Assembly: GCA_964637955.1 (NCBI GenBank)
Contig: CAZWXQ010000002.1
Location: 199,782 to 263,781 of the forward strand
Origin: an uncultured Gammaproteobacteria bacterium
Lineage (GTDB): Bacteria; Patescibacteriota; Microgenomatia; Levybacterales; UBA12049
DNA length: 64,000 nucleotides
Direction: 5' to 3'
Positions 55,221 through 64,000 of this stretch are shown here, piece by piece. How positions within the stretch are numbered: the stretch's first letter is position 1; each line of letters opens with the position of its first letter. The notes below the pieces were generated by a model. It was given only the letters and a program-made list of their open reading frames with translations, made no database searches and had not been told where the DNA came from. The position numbers were made by a program, and so were the translations under genes.

Positions 55221-55958
55221 TTAAATTAAGCCTAGTGTGAGATTTTCGTAGGTATCTATAAATAGATCTTCTTGAGGGGTTTCAGTTCCATTCCATGCTC
55301 CTAGAAATCCTGTTGCAAGGTATATTCCAGCTACAGTTTTTCCACATTGTAGTTGCATACCTTCAAATTCTTTGAATGTAAACCAGTCCTTTTCGGAAGC
55401 TACTATATCTTCTCCTGATTCAAGAGCTTGGGCGTAATCTTTATCATTATAATCGACTTCAGCTAAGAAAAATGACATTGGAGATTCAGAGTTTGCTGCA
55501 TCAAGATATAAATCTCTCATTAATGTTAATTTATTCGGTGTAAATCCAGTTTCCTCTCTTATCTCTCTAAGAGCAGCTTCTTCTGGTGTTTCATCTTTCC
55601 AAACTTTTATTCCTCCTTGAGGAATATTTCTAATCCAAACACTTCCCTGTTCTCTATCCGGACTCGCAAGATCTCTTAAAACTACTCTGTTTTCGAATGG
55701 TATAAAGTATTCTATTTGATTATTTTTTTCAGGATTAACTCTATAAACGACAATAAAAACACCAGGATTCCACTCTATATTGAGTTTGTCATAGCTTGAT
55801 CCATCAGGATTTGTAACTTTTATATGGTGTATTGTTCCATATTTTTCGTCTTTTATTTGAGTCCAGTTTGGGCCTTGCCCAGTTGCTGTCCAATTTGTTT
55901 CAACGGGTATTTCTGTAGCTTGTAGTTGAGAATAGTTTGTGACTTCAATTCCTGCCAT
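55221..55958 (-). CDS. NUDIX hydrolase
   Basis: Nudix box GGIKVWKDETPEEAALREIREETGF. Confidence 0.7.
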   Translation of the reverse strand: MAGIEVTNYSQLQATEIPVETNWTATGQGPNWTQIKDEKYGTIHHIKVTNPDGSSYDKLNIEWNPGVFIVVYRVNPEKNNQIEYFIPFENRVVLRDLASPDREQGSVWIRNIPQGGIKVWKDETPEEAALREIREETGFTPNKLTLMRDLYLDAANSESPMSFFLAEVDYNDKDYAQALESGEDIVASEKDWFTFKEFEGMQLQCGKTVAGIYLATGFLGAWNGTETPQEDLFIDTYENLTLGLI

Positions 55959-55993
55959 GTGCGGAGTATACTTCCGATAATTTGTAGTGTCAA

Positions 55994-56221
55994 TTAACTT
56001 TCCAATCTGGATTTTTTAATTAAATTCCCTAAATATTGTGCAACTTTTTCAAAGTCATCATCTTTTACTTTTAGCCTAAATCTTGCAGGTACATTAAATT
56101 CCTGAATAGGAATTCCATCAAATTTATCTTCTGAAATTTCTGATTCAAAACCACCTTTTTTAAGTTCTTTTTGAGCATCTTTTACTTCTTCTTCTGAATC
56201 AAAAATTCTAATTGTAATCAT
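55994..56221 (-). CDS. Hypothetical protein (75 aa)
   Basis: ORF only. Confidence 0.3.
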   Translation of the reverse strand: MITIRIFDSEEEVKDAQKELKKGGFESEISEDKFDGIPIQEFNVPARFRLKVKDDDFEKVAQYLGNLIKKSRLES

Positions 56222-56840
56222 TAAGCTTGATCCATTTCTCTTTCAATTGTTTAATTTCATTTTCAGCATCTGTTTTGATTTGAGGATTATTAATCATTTC
56301 TTTCCAATTCCCTCTTTCAGGTTTTCCTAAGGCATTTGCAATACGGTTACGGAAAAATCTCGGCTCAGCAATGCTTACGTTTATTACATATTCCTTGCCT
56401 TCAATTGAAATATAGAGATACCCTCCATCATTTCCATAGATTTTTTTAAGTTCTTCTATGCTTTTAATTTCAGAAATCTTATCCTTTTCTGGAACTATAT
56501 CGTTTAAATCACCTTTAAATGGCAAATAATGTACGTGGGAATGAAAAACGGTTTGACCAAAAACTCCATGTTCAAATGATGCGACATTTCCATAAGTTTC
56601 GATTATAAATACTGAAACCTGTTTGTCTAGAATTTGAAATTCTTTAAATTGTGCATCATCAAATTCACCAACACAAGGAATGTGTTTTTTAGGAATTATT
56701 AAAATGTGACCCTCAGTTATGGGATTTGCATCACAAACTATATAGAAATTTTCAGTCTCTCTAAGGATTGAACTAGGTGCTAGCTGTTTCTGATTACATA
56801 GCGGACAATTATTTGCTCTTTGAATTTTATAATCTGTCAT
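56208..56840 (-). CDS. HIT-family (histidine triad) nucleotide hydrolase/transferase with N-terminal CxxC
   Basis: HSHVHYLP HxHxHxx motif. Confidence 0.65.
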   Translation of the reverse strand: MTDYKIQRANNCPLCNQKQLAPSSILRETENFYIVCDANPITEGHILIIPKKHIPCVGEFDDAQFKEFQILDKQVSVFIIETYGNVASFEHGVFGQTVFHSHVHYLPFKGDLNDIVPEKDKISEIKSIEELKKIYGNDGGYLYISIEGKEYVINVSIAEPRFFRNRIANALGKPERGNWKEMINNPQIKTDAENEIKQLKEKWIKLNDYN

Positions 56841-56864
56841 TTGTGAAATTATACCACTCAGGGT

Positions 56865-59363
56865 CTATTTCCGAAGCAAAAGACTTACCCATTTTCGTAT
56901 TTCTATTAGTGAGAAAATTATGACAGATGTAATGCCAATCAGCACATATTCAGTTAACCCAAGAGGGACTGCGTCAAACCAATCGCTGAAGACATAGATT
57001 GCGAGGAATTGAAGAATAATTCCTGCTAAGATTCCTACCCAAATATATTTATTTATAGTAAAGCTTCTTTTTATATTTTTGAAGAACGGTTCTTTTTGTT
57101 TCTGAGATTGAATTCCATTAACCCACTGAGAAACTACCATGGATGTAAAAATTGTTGTTGAAGTTATCTCTGGGGAAAATCTATTAAGCATAAAGACATA
57201 GAGAATTAAATTCGGGACTCCTATTGCGAGAGTTCCGTAGGCCATATTTATGAGCTGACTCCTGCTGAAAAACATTTGAGAGATTTTCTTTGGAGGATGG
57301 CGCATAACGTCTCCCTCCTCTTTAATAAATGGAAACGTTTTGTCTAAGACCCCATCTGTAACTAAATTTATCCAAAGAATTTGAATCGGCTTTAGAGGGA
57401 AAGGCAAATTCAAAATAATTGAAGAGAAAATAAGAAAAATTTGAGAAAGGTTTGTTGATACCAAATAATAAATTACTTTCCTAATGTTATCTGCGATTAT
57501 TCTTCCTCGCCTTATGGCATCAACTATTACATTAAGATGATCATCAAGTAGTATCATCTTGGCAGTAGATTTGGCAGCTTGAGTTCCAGATCCCATTGCA
57601 ATTCCTAAGTCGGCTGCCTTAAGCGCTAAGACGTCATTAACGCCGTCGCCTGTTACTGCTACTACTTCACGATTTTCAAGAAGCTTTACTATTTTATATT
57701 TATGTTCTGGAACAATTCTTGCCAGTACGGATGTATTTGAAATTTTCTTAAGAAGATCGTCGTCGGTCATTTTCTCAATTTCAATTCCGGTTAGAACATG
57801 ATCACCTTCTCTGTAAATTCCTACATCGCGAGCAATTGCCTTTGCAGTGAGTGCGTTATCTCCAGTTATCATTATGATTCTAACTCCTGCATTTCTTGCA
57901 GCTGCGACAGCTTCTTTTACACCGTCTTTGGGTGGATCAATAAGTCCAACAAGTCCTACAGTTTTTATTTTCCATGAATCAAAATCACCCCCTGAATGTG
58001 TTTGACCGAATGCTATAACTCGAAGTCCATCCTCTGCCATCGCGTCATGTTCTTTTTTAAATTCTTCAAGCTCTTCTTTTGAATTATCAGATTTTTCGCT
58101 AAGAGATTCGTAAGCGCCTTTAATATATGTAATATTTTTGTCTGAGTCTTTTATAGTTGCTGCCATATATTTGAGCTGAGTATCAAAAGGATAAATTTTT
58201 TTGTCTTCAAATTTAAATTGCATATCCTCAAATTCTTTTCCCAGCCAATTTATCAGCGCAACGTCCAGTGGGTCTCCATCAGATTCGTCCTTAGATTCAT
58301 TTGCAATTGCGGCAATTTTTTTAAGAAGATCTAGATCTTTTGTAAAATGTTTGTAAACCGAAAGTTCACCTTTTGTAATAGTGCCGGTTTTGTCAGATGC
58401 GATAAGGGTCGTGCTTCCGAGCGTTTCGACGGATGGAAGATGACGAGTGAGGACGCTTTTTTTCGCGAGCTGAAGCGAGCCTACAGCGAGCGAAAGAGTT
58501 ATTACGATCGGAAGTCCTTCTGGAACTGCTGAAACTAGAATTGCTAGCAGTGTATAAAAAATATCTTTTGGAGCCTCATTCTCAATAAACATGAATGTTC
58601 CTATCAGCGCAATTAAAATAAAAATTACTACGATATATTTTTTTGAAAAACTAGAAAGAGCTTTTGTAAGAGGACTGTCTGGAGATTTTTCCATTACTTT
58701 TTCTGCGATTGAAGCCAGGTAAGTATCTTTTCCAGTTGCTATTACTACACCTTTCCCCTTTCCTTTTACGACAATAGTGCCAGATAAGGCCATGTTTAAT
58801 AGATCAAATGCCTGTGTGTTTTCAGGCAGAACCTTATCGGCGTTTTTCTCAACAGGAATTGACTCACCTGTAATTGATGATTCATTAATCATTAGGCTAT
58901 TTGTTTCAATAAGTCTGATGTCAGCTCCTACCACTGCCCCCTCCTCCAGAATTACGATGTCCCCTGTCACAAGTTCTGATGAGGGAATATCAATTTCCTC
59001 ATTGTCTCTAAAGACTATTACGTGGGTTTCGGTCATTTTCCGAAGAGCTTGAGTTGAGACTTCAGCTTTTACTTCCTGCCAAAATCCGATAGTAGAATTT
59101 ACCAAAATAACTATAGCAATAACTGTAAAATCTTTTACATCGCCTACGAAAATTGAGATTAAAGCGGCTACGATGAGGATATAAATAATAGGGTTTTTAA
59201 ATTGTCTAAGAAAAATTTCAAAGTGATTTACTTTTTCTTCTTTTAGTACATTTTTCCCAAACTTAAGAAGCCTTTGTGTTGCTTCATTTTTACTAAGTCC
59301 ATTTATGGAGCTTTCAAGTTTTTCTAATGCAAATTCTTTTGAAGAAGCATAAAAAAGTTCCAT
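56865..59363 (-). CDS. Cation-transporting P-type ATPase (P2-type, Ca2+/Mg2+-like)
   Basis: DKTGTIT phosphorylation site, TGDN, GDGVNDVLALKAADLGIAMG. 832 aa. Confidence 0.85.
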   Translation of the reverse strand: MELFYASSKEFALEKLESSINGLSKNEATQRLLKFGKNVLKEEKVNHFEIFLRQFKNPIIYILIVAALISIFVGDVKDFTVIAIVILVNSTIGFWQEVKAEVSTQALRKMTETHVIVFRDNEEIDIPSSELVTGDIVILEEGAVVGADIRLIETNSLMINESSITGESIPVEKNADKVLPENTQAFDLLNMALSGTIVVKGKGKGVVIATGKDTYLASIAEKVMEKSPDSPLTKALSSFSKKYIVVIFILIALIGTFMFIENEAPKDIFYTLLAILVSAVPEGLPIVITLSLAVGSLQLAKKSVLTRHLPSVETLGSTTLIASDKTGTITKGELSVYKHFTKDLDLLKKIAAIANESKDESDGDPLDVALINWLGKEFEDMQFKFEDKKIYPFDTQLKYMAATIKDSDKNITYIKGAYESLSEKSDNSKEELEEFKKEHDAMAEDGLRVIAFGQTHSGGDFDSWKIKTVGLVGLIDPPKDGVKEAVAAARNAGVRIIMITGDNALTAKAIARDVGIYREGDHVLTGIEIEKMTDDDLLKKISNTSVLARIVPEHKYKIVKLLENREVVAVTGDGVNDVLALKAADLGIAMGSGTQAAKSTAKMILLDDHLNVIVDAIRRGRIIADNIRKVIYYLVSTNLSQIFLIFSSIILNLPFPLKPIQILWINLVTDGVLDKTFPFIKEEGDVMRHPPKKISQMFFSRSQLINMAYGTLAIGVPNLILYVFMLNRFSPEITSTTIFTSMVVSQWVNGIQSQKQKEPFFKNIKRSFTINKYIWVGILAGIILQFLAIYVFSDWFDAVPLGLTEYVLIGITSVIIFSLIEIRKWVSLLLRK

Positions 59364-59390
59364 CTAATTATTGTACGATATTTTATATTA

Positions 59391-60920
59391 TTGAAGCTAC
59401 TATTGAGAGTAAAACTCTTCTTAATTTACACATATGCTAGAATGCACGTAATTAAAATGAATATATCTTGGAAAAGGATAAATATTTATTTAAATCCAAT
59501 TAAAAGACTTGGGTATCCTCGTTATTCCATAATGTTCCCAATTGCTCTAACTGTTTTTATATATGCTTTATTGGAATTTATAGTTTATTTTATAATTCGT
59601 GACCCAAATGCAGTTGGGTATCCGGCAATAGTTTTATCGATAATCCTAATCGTTTATTTGGCGTTTAGAGATGGGATTTTGGGTGGAGTAATCGTTGCGA
59701 CAATTACAATTGCATACTACTTATTCATTGTTTACACAAGACATTATTCAGGTAATCAATTAAAAACAAGCGTAATTACCATAGCTATTCTTGGTGTCGT
59801 TTATTTTTTAATTGCAGGCTTAATAGGTTGGCTGAAAGAAACTATCGATGGCCTTATAGAGAAGCAATTGAATGAGAAGAAAAGATTAAAGGCCATTCTA
59901 CAGGAGCTTCCGGTGGGAGTTGTGGTTGCTGATGATGATGGAAAACTTGTTCAAGCAAATAAGCAGGCAGAGTATTTTGCAGGCGGAAAAATTGGATCTA
60001 ATTTAACAATTGGAAAAGACCTTTTTATTAATATTATGCAAAACGGAAAAGCTGTTCATACTTCAGTTGCACCACTTACACTTGCTCTCAAGGGCAAAAC
60101 CACATTAAAAAAAGAATTTGAAATAAAAAATGAAAACAAAGAATTTGTGGTGAGTATTACATCTTCGCCAATTAGAAATAAAAATGGAAAAATAATTGCT
60201 GCAGCTTCGATAATTAATGATATTACGGCCCAGAAAGAACTTGAAAAAAGAAAAGACGATTTTATCAGTATGGCATCTCACGAGCTGAAGACTCCACTTA
60301 CCAGCATGAGTCTTTATTTAAGTGTTTTAAAAGCTAGAGTAGGTAAAAGTGATCTAAAGACATTGAAAATCTTAAATAGTGTTCAGAATCAGACGCTCAG
60401 ATTGTCGGAGTTGGTTAATGATTTACTTGATGTTTCAAAAATTCAAACAGGTAAACTTAATTTTAATTATGAAGTTTTTCGAATTGATGAATTAGCGCTT
60501 GAAGTAGTTACAGATCTTCAAAATACTACTACTCAATCGATAGTTTTATCTAAGTCCAGCCGAACTTTAGTTTATGGTGATAAATTTAGAATCTATCAAG
60601 TTTTAACAAACTTGATAACGAATGCAATTAAGTATTCTTCAGATAAGATTTTAGTAAAAATAACTAAAGATAAAAACGATGTGACACTTAGTGTAAAAGA
60701 TTTTGGAATTGGTATTTCTATTGAACAGAAAAATAAAATATTTGATAAGTTATACCAAGTTACTGGTAATAATGAAAAAACTTATCCTGGACTTGGAATG
60801 GGTCTTTATATTTCTAAAGAAATTATAAAGAGGCATCATGGAAAAATTTGGGTAGAAAGCAAGAAAGGATCAGGATCTACTTTTTATTTTAGCTTGCCTG
60901 TAAAAAATAAAGCACTATAA
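59391..60920 (+). CDS. Sensor histidine kinase (TM + PAS + HisKA + HATPase_c); true start may be an internal Met
   Basis: H-box SHELKTPLTSM and G-boxes GLGMGLYISK..GSGSTF. Confidence 0.75.
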   Translation: MKLLLRVKLFLIYTYARMHVIKMNISWKRINIYLNPIKRLGYPRYSIMFPIALTVFIYALLEFIVYFIIRDPNAVGYPAIVLSIILIVYLAFRDGILGGVIVATITIAYYLFIVYTRHYSGNQLKTSVITIAILGVVYFLIAGLIGWLKETIDGLIEKQLNEKKRLKAILQELPVGVVVADDDGKLVQANKQAEYFAGGKIGSNLTIGKDLFINIMQNGKAVHTSVAPLTLALKGKTTLKKEFEIKNENKEFVVSITSSPIRNKNGKIIAAASIINDITAQKELEKRKDDFISMASHELKTPLTSMSLYLSVLKARVGKSDLKTLKILNSVQNQTLRLSELVNDLLDVSKIQTGKLNFNYEVFRIDELALEVVTDLQNTTTQSIVLSKSSRTLVYGDKFRIYQVLTNLITNAIKYSSDKILVKITKDKNDVTLSVKDFGIGISIEQKNKIFDKLYQVTGNNEKTYPGLGMGLYISKEIIKRHHGKIWVESKKGSGSTFYFSLPVKNKAL

Positions 60921-60929
60921 TTATAAAAT

Positions 60930-61283
60930 ATGTCAAAAAAAATTCTTGTCGTTGATGATGATATTTCAATTCTCGATGCCGTCTCTTTGATACTTGAAGA
61001 AAATGGATATGAAGTCGAAACAGCGTTTAAAGGTGATGAAGCTTATCAAAAAGCTTTAAGCTTTAATCCAGATGTGATAGTTCTTGACGTTCTCCTTTCA
61101 GGAAAGGATGGACGAGAAATTTGTAAAAATTTGAAGTTAGATGAAAAGACAAAAAAAATTCCAGTAATTATGGTTTCGGCTCATCCAGGAGCGAGTGAAA
61201 GCACAAAAGAAGTAGGAGCTGACTTTTTCCTCGCCAAACCTTTTATGCCAGATGATTTACTCAGTGCTGTAGGTAATTGTTAA
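60930..61283 (+). CDS. Single-domain response regulator (CheY-like receiver)
   Basis: KILVVDDD...DVLLSGKDG...K. 117 aa with no output domain. Confidence 0.7.
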   Translation: MSKKILVVDDDISILDAVSLILEENGYEVETAFKGDEAYQKALSFNPDVIVLDVLLSGKDGREICKNLKLDEKTKKIPVIMVSAHPGASESTKEVGADFFLAKPFMPDDLLSAVGNC

Positions 61284-61335
61284 CTAGATATTCTTAAATT
61301 GTACGTTGGGAATATGTATAGTATAATCCCCTCTT

Positions 61336-62619
61336 ATGTCTATGCCAGAGATGTCAGGTGATAATTTTTCTCAGATTCAAGAAGCTGAGATTCAAGAAGT
61401 AGTTTGGGATAATCCTCTTGCTGTAATTACTTATGCCAGTTCCACCAAGGCAATAATTATAGATAAAGATGAAATGGGTCTTTTTCGACAAACGACTCAT
61501 TCCATTCCTGCTTCACAGGATTTCGGAGAAGTAGAAGGAAGAGTAAGAAGACTTGATAATTTCTCAGATGTGGAAGTAAGACAGGTTCAATTATCTCAAG
61601 GAATTCCAAATGCGCATAAGTCAATTACTGGAGTTGATTATATAAGTTTTAGGTATTTTTACGACAGTCCGCAAGGCGGAGAATCGGATTTAGTTGAGGG
61701 TGAAGATATATTAAACTTTTTAACTGATAATAGTGGTGGAATTTTAGTATTTGAAGGTCAGGAAAAGCCTCAAGATTTGGCAGTTTTTTTTGATAGAGTT
61801 GATGAACCTAAAGCAACAGTTTTATTTTTTCATCCGGATTACACTCAAGCCGGCTTAGATTCCTTTGCTGGGTTCGAAGCATTTTTTAGAAGTTTAAATA
61901 TAGAAATTTCTCAGCTAATCGGAAATCCAGATCTTAGAGAATATCTGAAAGAATTTGATAAGGAAATTATTGAAGGAGATACTCATCACGATTTAACTGC
62001 GGTCTTAGAAGTTTTTCGTGCGCGTGTAGTTGCTTCATTGTATTTGTATGAGACGACTCACGATAAAAGATACATGCAGTTTCCATTATCGCAATTTAGA
62101 AATGGTAAGCTAGACATTTTTGATGTTAATAATACTGATCCTCAGGAGGCGTTAAATGAACTGCTTTGGGATGATCAAATTACTGTGAGGCCAGTAGAAA
62201 AAGTGAGCCTAACGCCTGCTCAATTAACAGAAGCTGACAAAAAAGTAATTCTAAGCCTTTCAACTCAAGCAGGAAAAAGATTAAGAGAGGCAGTTTCTAG
62301 TCCAACTTCTATCTATTCTTTTGATGTTATGGCTGCATATCTAACAAAGGTATACGAATTAATTAGGTCTCATAGTTCAAAAGCTCATGATGATGCCATT
62401 AGATTAATGCGAGAACTTCAAGAGTCACCACTACAAAATCGTGATTTTTACTTTAAAGTAGGAAAGAAAAAAGTTCAATTGTCTGAAAGTGAATATGGCA
62501 TTTCAAGTGATTATTACCAAAGAGGAAATTTGGGAGAATTAATAAGTGAATTAAATTTGAAGCTAAGATCTATTCAAGATGAAATCAGATATAACAATAT
62601 CTTGCAAGAGTTAAGCTAA
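61336..62619 (+). CDS. Hypothetical cytoplasmic protein (427 aa)
   Basis: ORF only. Confidence 0.4.
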   Translation: MSMPEMSGDNFSQIQEAEIQEVVWDNPLAVITYASSTKAIIIDKDEMGLFRQTTHSIPASQDFGEVEGRVRRLDNFSDVEVRQVQLSQGIPNAHKSITGVDYISFRYFYDSPQGGESDLVEGEDILNFLTDNSGGILVFEGQEKPQDLAVFFDRVDEPKATVLFFHPDYTQAGLDSFAGFEAFFRSLNIEISQLIGNPDLREYLKEFDKEIIEGDTHHDLTAVLEVFRARVVASLYLYETTHDKRYMQFPLSQFRNGKLDIFDVNNTDPQEALNELLWDDQITVRPVEKVSLTPAQLTEADKKVILSLSTQAGKRLREAVSSPTSIYSFDVMAAYLTKVYELIRSHSSKAHDDAIRLMRELQESPLQNRDFYFKVGKKKVQLSESEYGISSDYYQRGNLGELISELNLKLRSIQDEIRYNNILQELS

Positions 62620-62634
62620 AAAATACTAGATAAT

Positions 62635-63330
62635 TTACAATAATCCTTCCGCTTGCATGCGTCTGGCGCATCCTGGAAATTGATGAAAAATGCTTGATCT
62701 TGCTACTAGTCTTTGGACTGCATCAATTTGAACTTCAAGTGGTGCTAAATCCGCCCTTTCATAGGCAGTTCCCATACTCTTCCAAGTTCCATATGAGAAC
62801 TGAAATGCGCCGTAATATCCATTGCCACTATTTCTGGTGGGATTCATCCCGGCTTCACAATTTCCCAGGAAAGTAATTTGAGCTTCATTTAAAGGCCCGT
62901 TTGAAGATGTTTGTACGACTGACTGAGGAGTTGGTGTTGTGGCTATTTGTTCAGGTGATGATGACATGGTTGGCGTGACGGTTGGTATTGGTGTATTTTC
63001 AGTATTAACAATCTCTTGATCAAATGTACTTGGCTTTACAGGTTTTATGTTTCTAATTTTAATTATCCATCCCTTTTCAATAATATCAGGATTCTTTATC
63101 CAGCTATTATCGTTCCATATGGTAGTCCAAAATTCTTCTGATCCATAAATATTCTTCGCAATAGAAATAATACTATCCCCTTCTTCCACGCGATAATCTC
63201 TCATCTCTTGGATTGGCGCTTGATGAGAAGTTGTGTTTATATTGTTAATCGAAGATGGGTTCAGTAGTGCTACGGATATTGCTAAGGCACCTGTAATTAC
63301 TGATTGTTCCATAAGCATTAAAAAAGCCAA
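62635..63330 (-). CDS. LysM domain protein with C-terminal Rpf-like transglycosylase domain
   Basis: LysM: YRVEEGDSIISIAKNIYG. C-terminus GNCEAGMNPTRNSGNGYYGAFQFSYGTWKS resembles the resuscitation-promoting-factor transglycosylase-like domain. Confidence 0.55.
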   Translation of the reverse strand: MAFLMLMEQSVITGALAISVALLNPSSINNINTTSHQAPIQEMRDYRVEEGDSIISIAKNIYGSEEFWTTIWNDNSWIKNPDIIEKGWIIKIRNIKPVKPSTFDQEIVNTENTPIPTVTPTMSSSPEQIATTPTPQSVVQTSSNGPLNEAQITFLGNCEAGMNPTRNSGNGYYGAFQFSYGTWKSMGTAYERADLAPLEVQIDAVQRLVARSSIFHQFPGCARRMQAEGLL

Positions 63331-63458
63331 CTATTAGTTAGTTGGCGAATTAGATGTGAATGATACCGAAATTTGAGTTAAAAGTCAAATTTGAAGTGTC
63401 CTTTTTAGGCACAATTTAGCTTCAAGCAGCGAATTAAATTAATATTTTTTTATTATTA

Positions 63459-63806
63459 CTATTGTGGTGCTTCTTCCTTTTCTACTCCTGCAATTTTAAG
63501 GATCTTGAGTCTGTCGCGAGTTTCATTCGTTTTATTCCACTGAGTCAAAACAGTATTATTTTTATCTATCATATTTGCTGTTTGTGTGTTAACTGCATCT
63601 TGATCTACGATAGGCGTTTCTTTAGGTTTCCTGGGATTGGTAGCAAGATAAAGACAAATAATGCTTGTTACAACGAAAACTAGAGAAATAATTAGAAAAA
63701 TAAAATTTGAGCCATTATTTATGCTTTTTAGAAATAGATATCCGGTAAATATTCCTACAGCGCCACAAACTAATCCGACTAAAGTAAAAATTGCCAAATT
63801 TTTCAT
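63459..63806 (-). CDS. Small membrane protein (115 aa), hypothetical
   Basis: Two TM helices. Confidence 0.35.
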   Translation of the reverse strand: MKNLAIFTLVGLVCGAVGIFTGYLFLKSINNGSNFIFLIISLVFVVTSIICLYLATNPRKPKETPIVDQDAVNTQTANMIDKNNTVLTQWNKTNETRDRLKILKIAGVEKEEAPQ

Positions 63807-63869
63807 CTATATTAAAGCATAAAAAAATCTGAAAATATTTGCAATGAGTTTTGCGAAGTATCTATTGAT

Positions 63870-64000
63870 TTAGGTTGCGTTTGTAGATATCTTCTTGAGA
63901 AGATAATTAAAATCTGAGAATTGTTGCTCTGCTGTGAATTTTTCGAGAACAGTTTTTATCCCAGCATCAATGAATTTTTCTTTAAGTTCATCTTCGCTTA
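63870..64000 (-). CDS. C-terminal fragment of an unidentified gene running off the window end
   Basis: Minus-strand open frame ...SEDELKEKFIDAGIKTVLEKFTAEQQFSDFNYLLKKISTNAT ending in a stop at 63870. Confidence 0.3.
   Translation of the reverse strand, partial: SEDELKEKFIDAGIKTVLEKFTAEQQFSDFNYLLKKISTNAT

Overview
Low-GC (~35%), compact, mostly housekeeping bacterial segment, probably from a reduced genome (many short core proteins). Core genes present: gyrB, tyrS, pheST, thrS-infC-rpmI-rplT, rpsP-KH-trmD, rnc, nusB, rpmF, recG, PBP1A, obg, hflX, ppa, tig-like, hppA. A complete type IV pilus cluster (pilB-pilT-pilC-pilA-pilD plus several pilin-like genes and pilMNO) is present. Cell-wall hydrolases include two LysM proteins (one Rpf-like) and two GH73-like paralogs. 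Three tRNAs (Val-GAC, Leu-TAG, Gly-GCC), a two-component pair and a P-type ATPase are also present. Most genes lack a Shine-Dalgarno sequence and sit 5-10 nt downstream of consensus sigma70 -10 boxes, so many mRNAs are probably leaderless. Features I could not explain from the ORF track: (1) small minus-strand genes with strong GGAGGTGAT Shine-Dalgarno sites, four of them each preceded by a promoter plus a leader carrying an antiterminator/terminator pair; they are concentrated between tRNA-Val and tRNA-Leu but also dispersed; (2) a 29-nt perfect palindromic REP element in 5 copies, two of which flank an IS200-like HUH tyrosine transposase (RAYT); (3) a ~59-nt palindrome duplicated immediately upstream of the near-identical promoters of rnc and hflX; (4) a GIY-YIG domain fused in frame to a prepilin, plus two pilin paralogs sharing an unusually long leader (nucleotide-conserved, with an embedded 12-bp inverted repeat); (5) 17-18-nt direct repeats of tRNA 3-prime ends ~100 bp downstream of tRNA-Leu and tRNA-Gly; (6) a heptanucleotide tandem repeat and a T9 tract inside pilD; (7) a CIRCE operator on hsp20; (8) a likely REP-associated truncation of greA. 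No CRISPR array, integrase or rRNA was seen.
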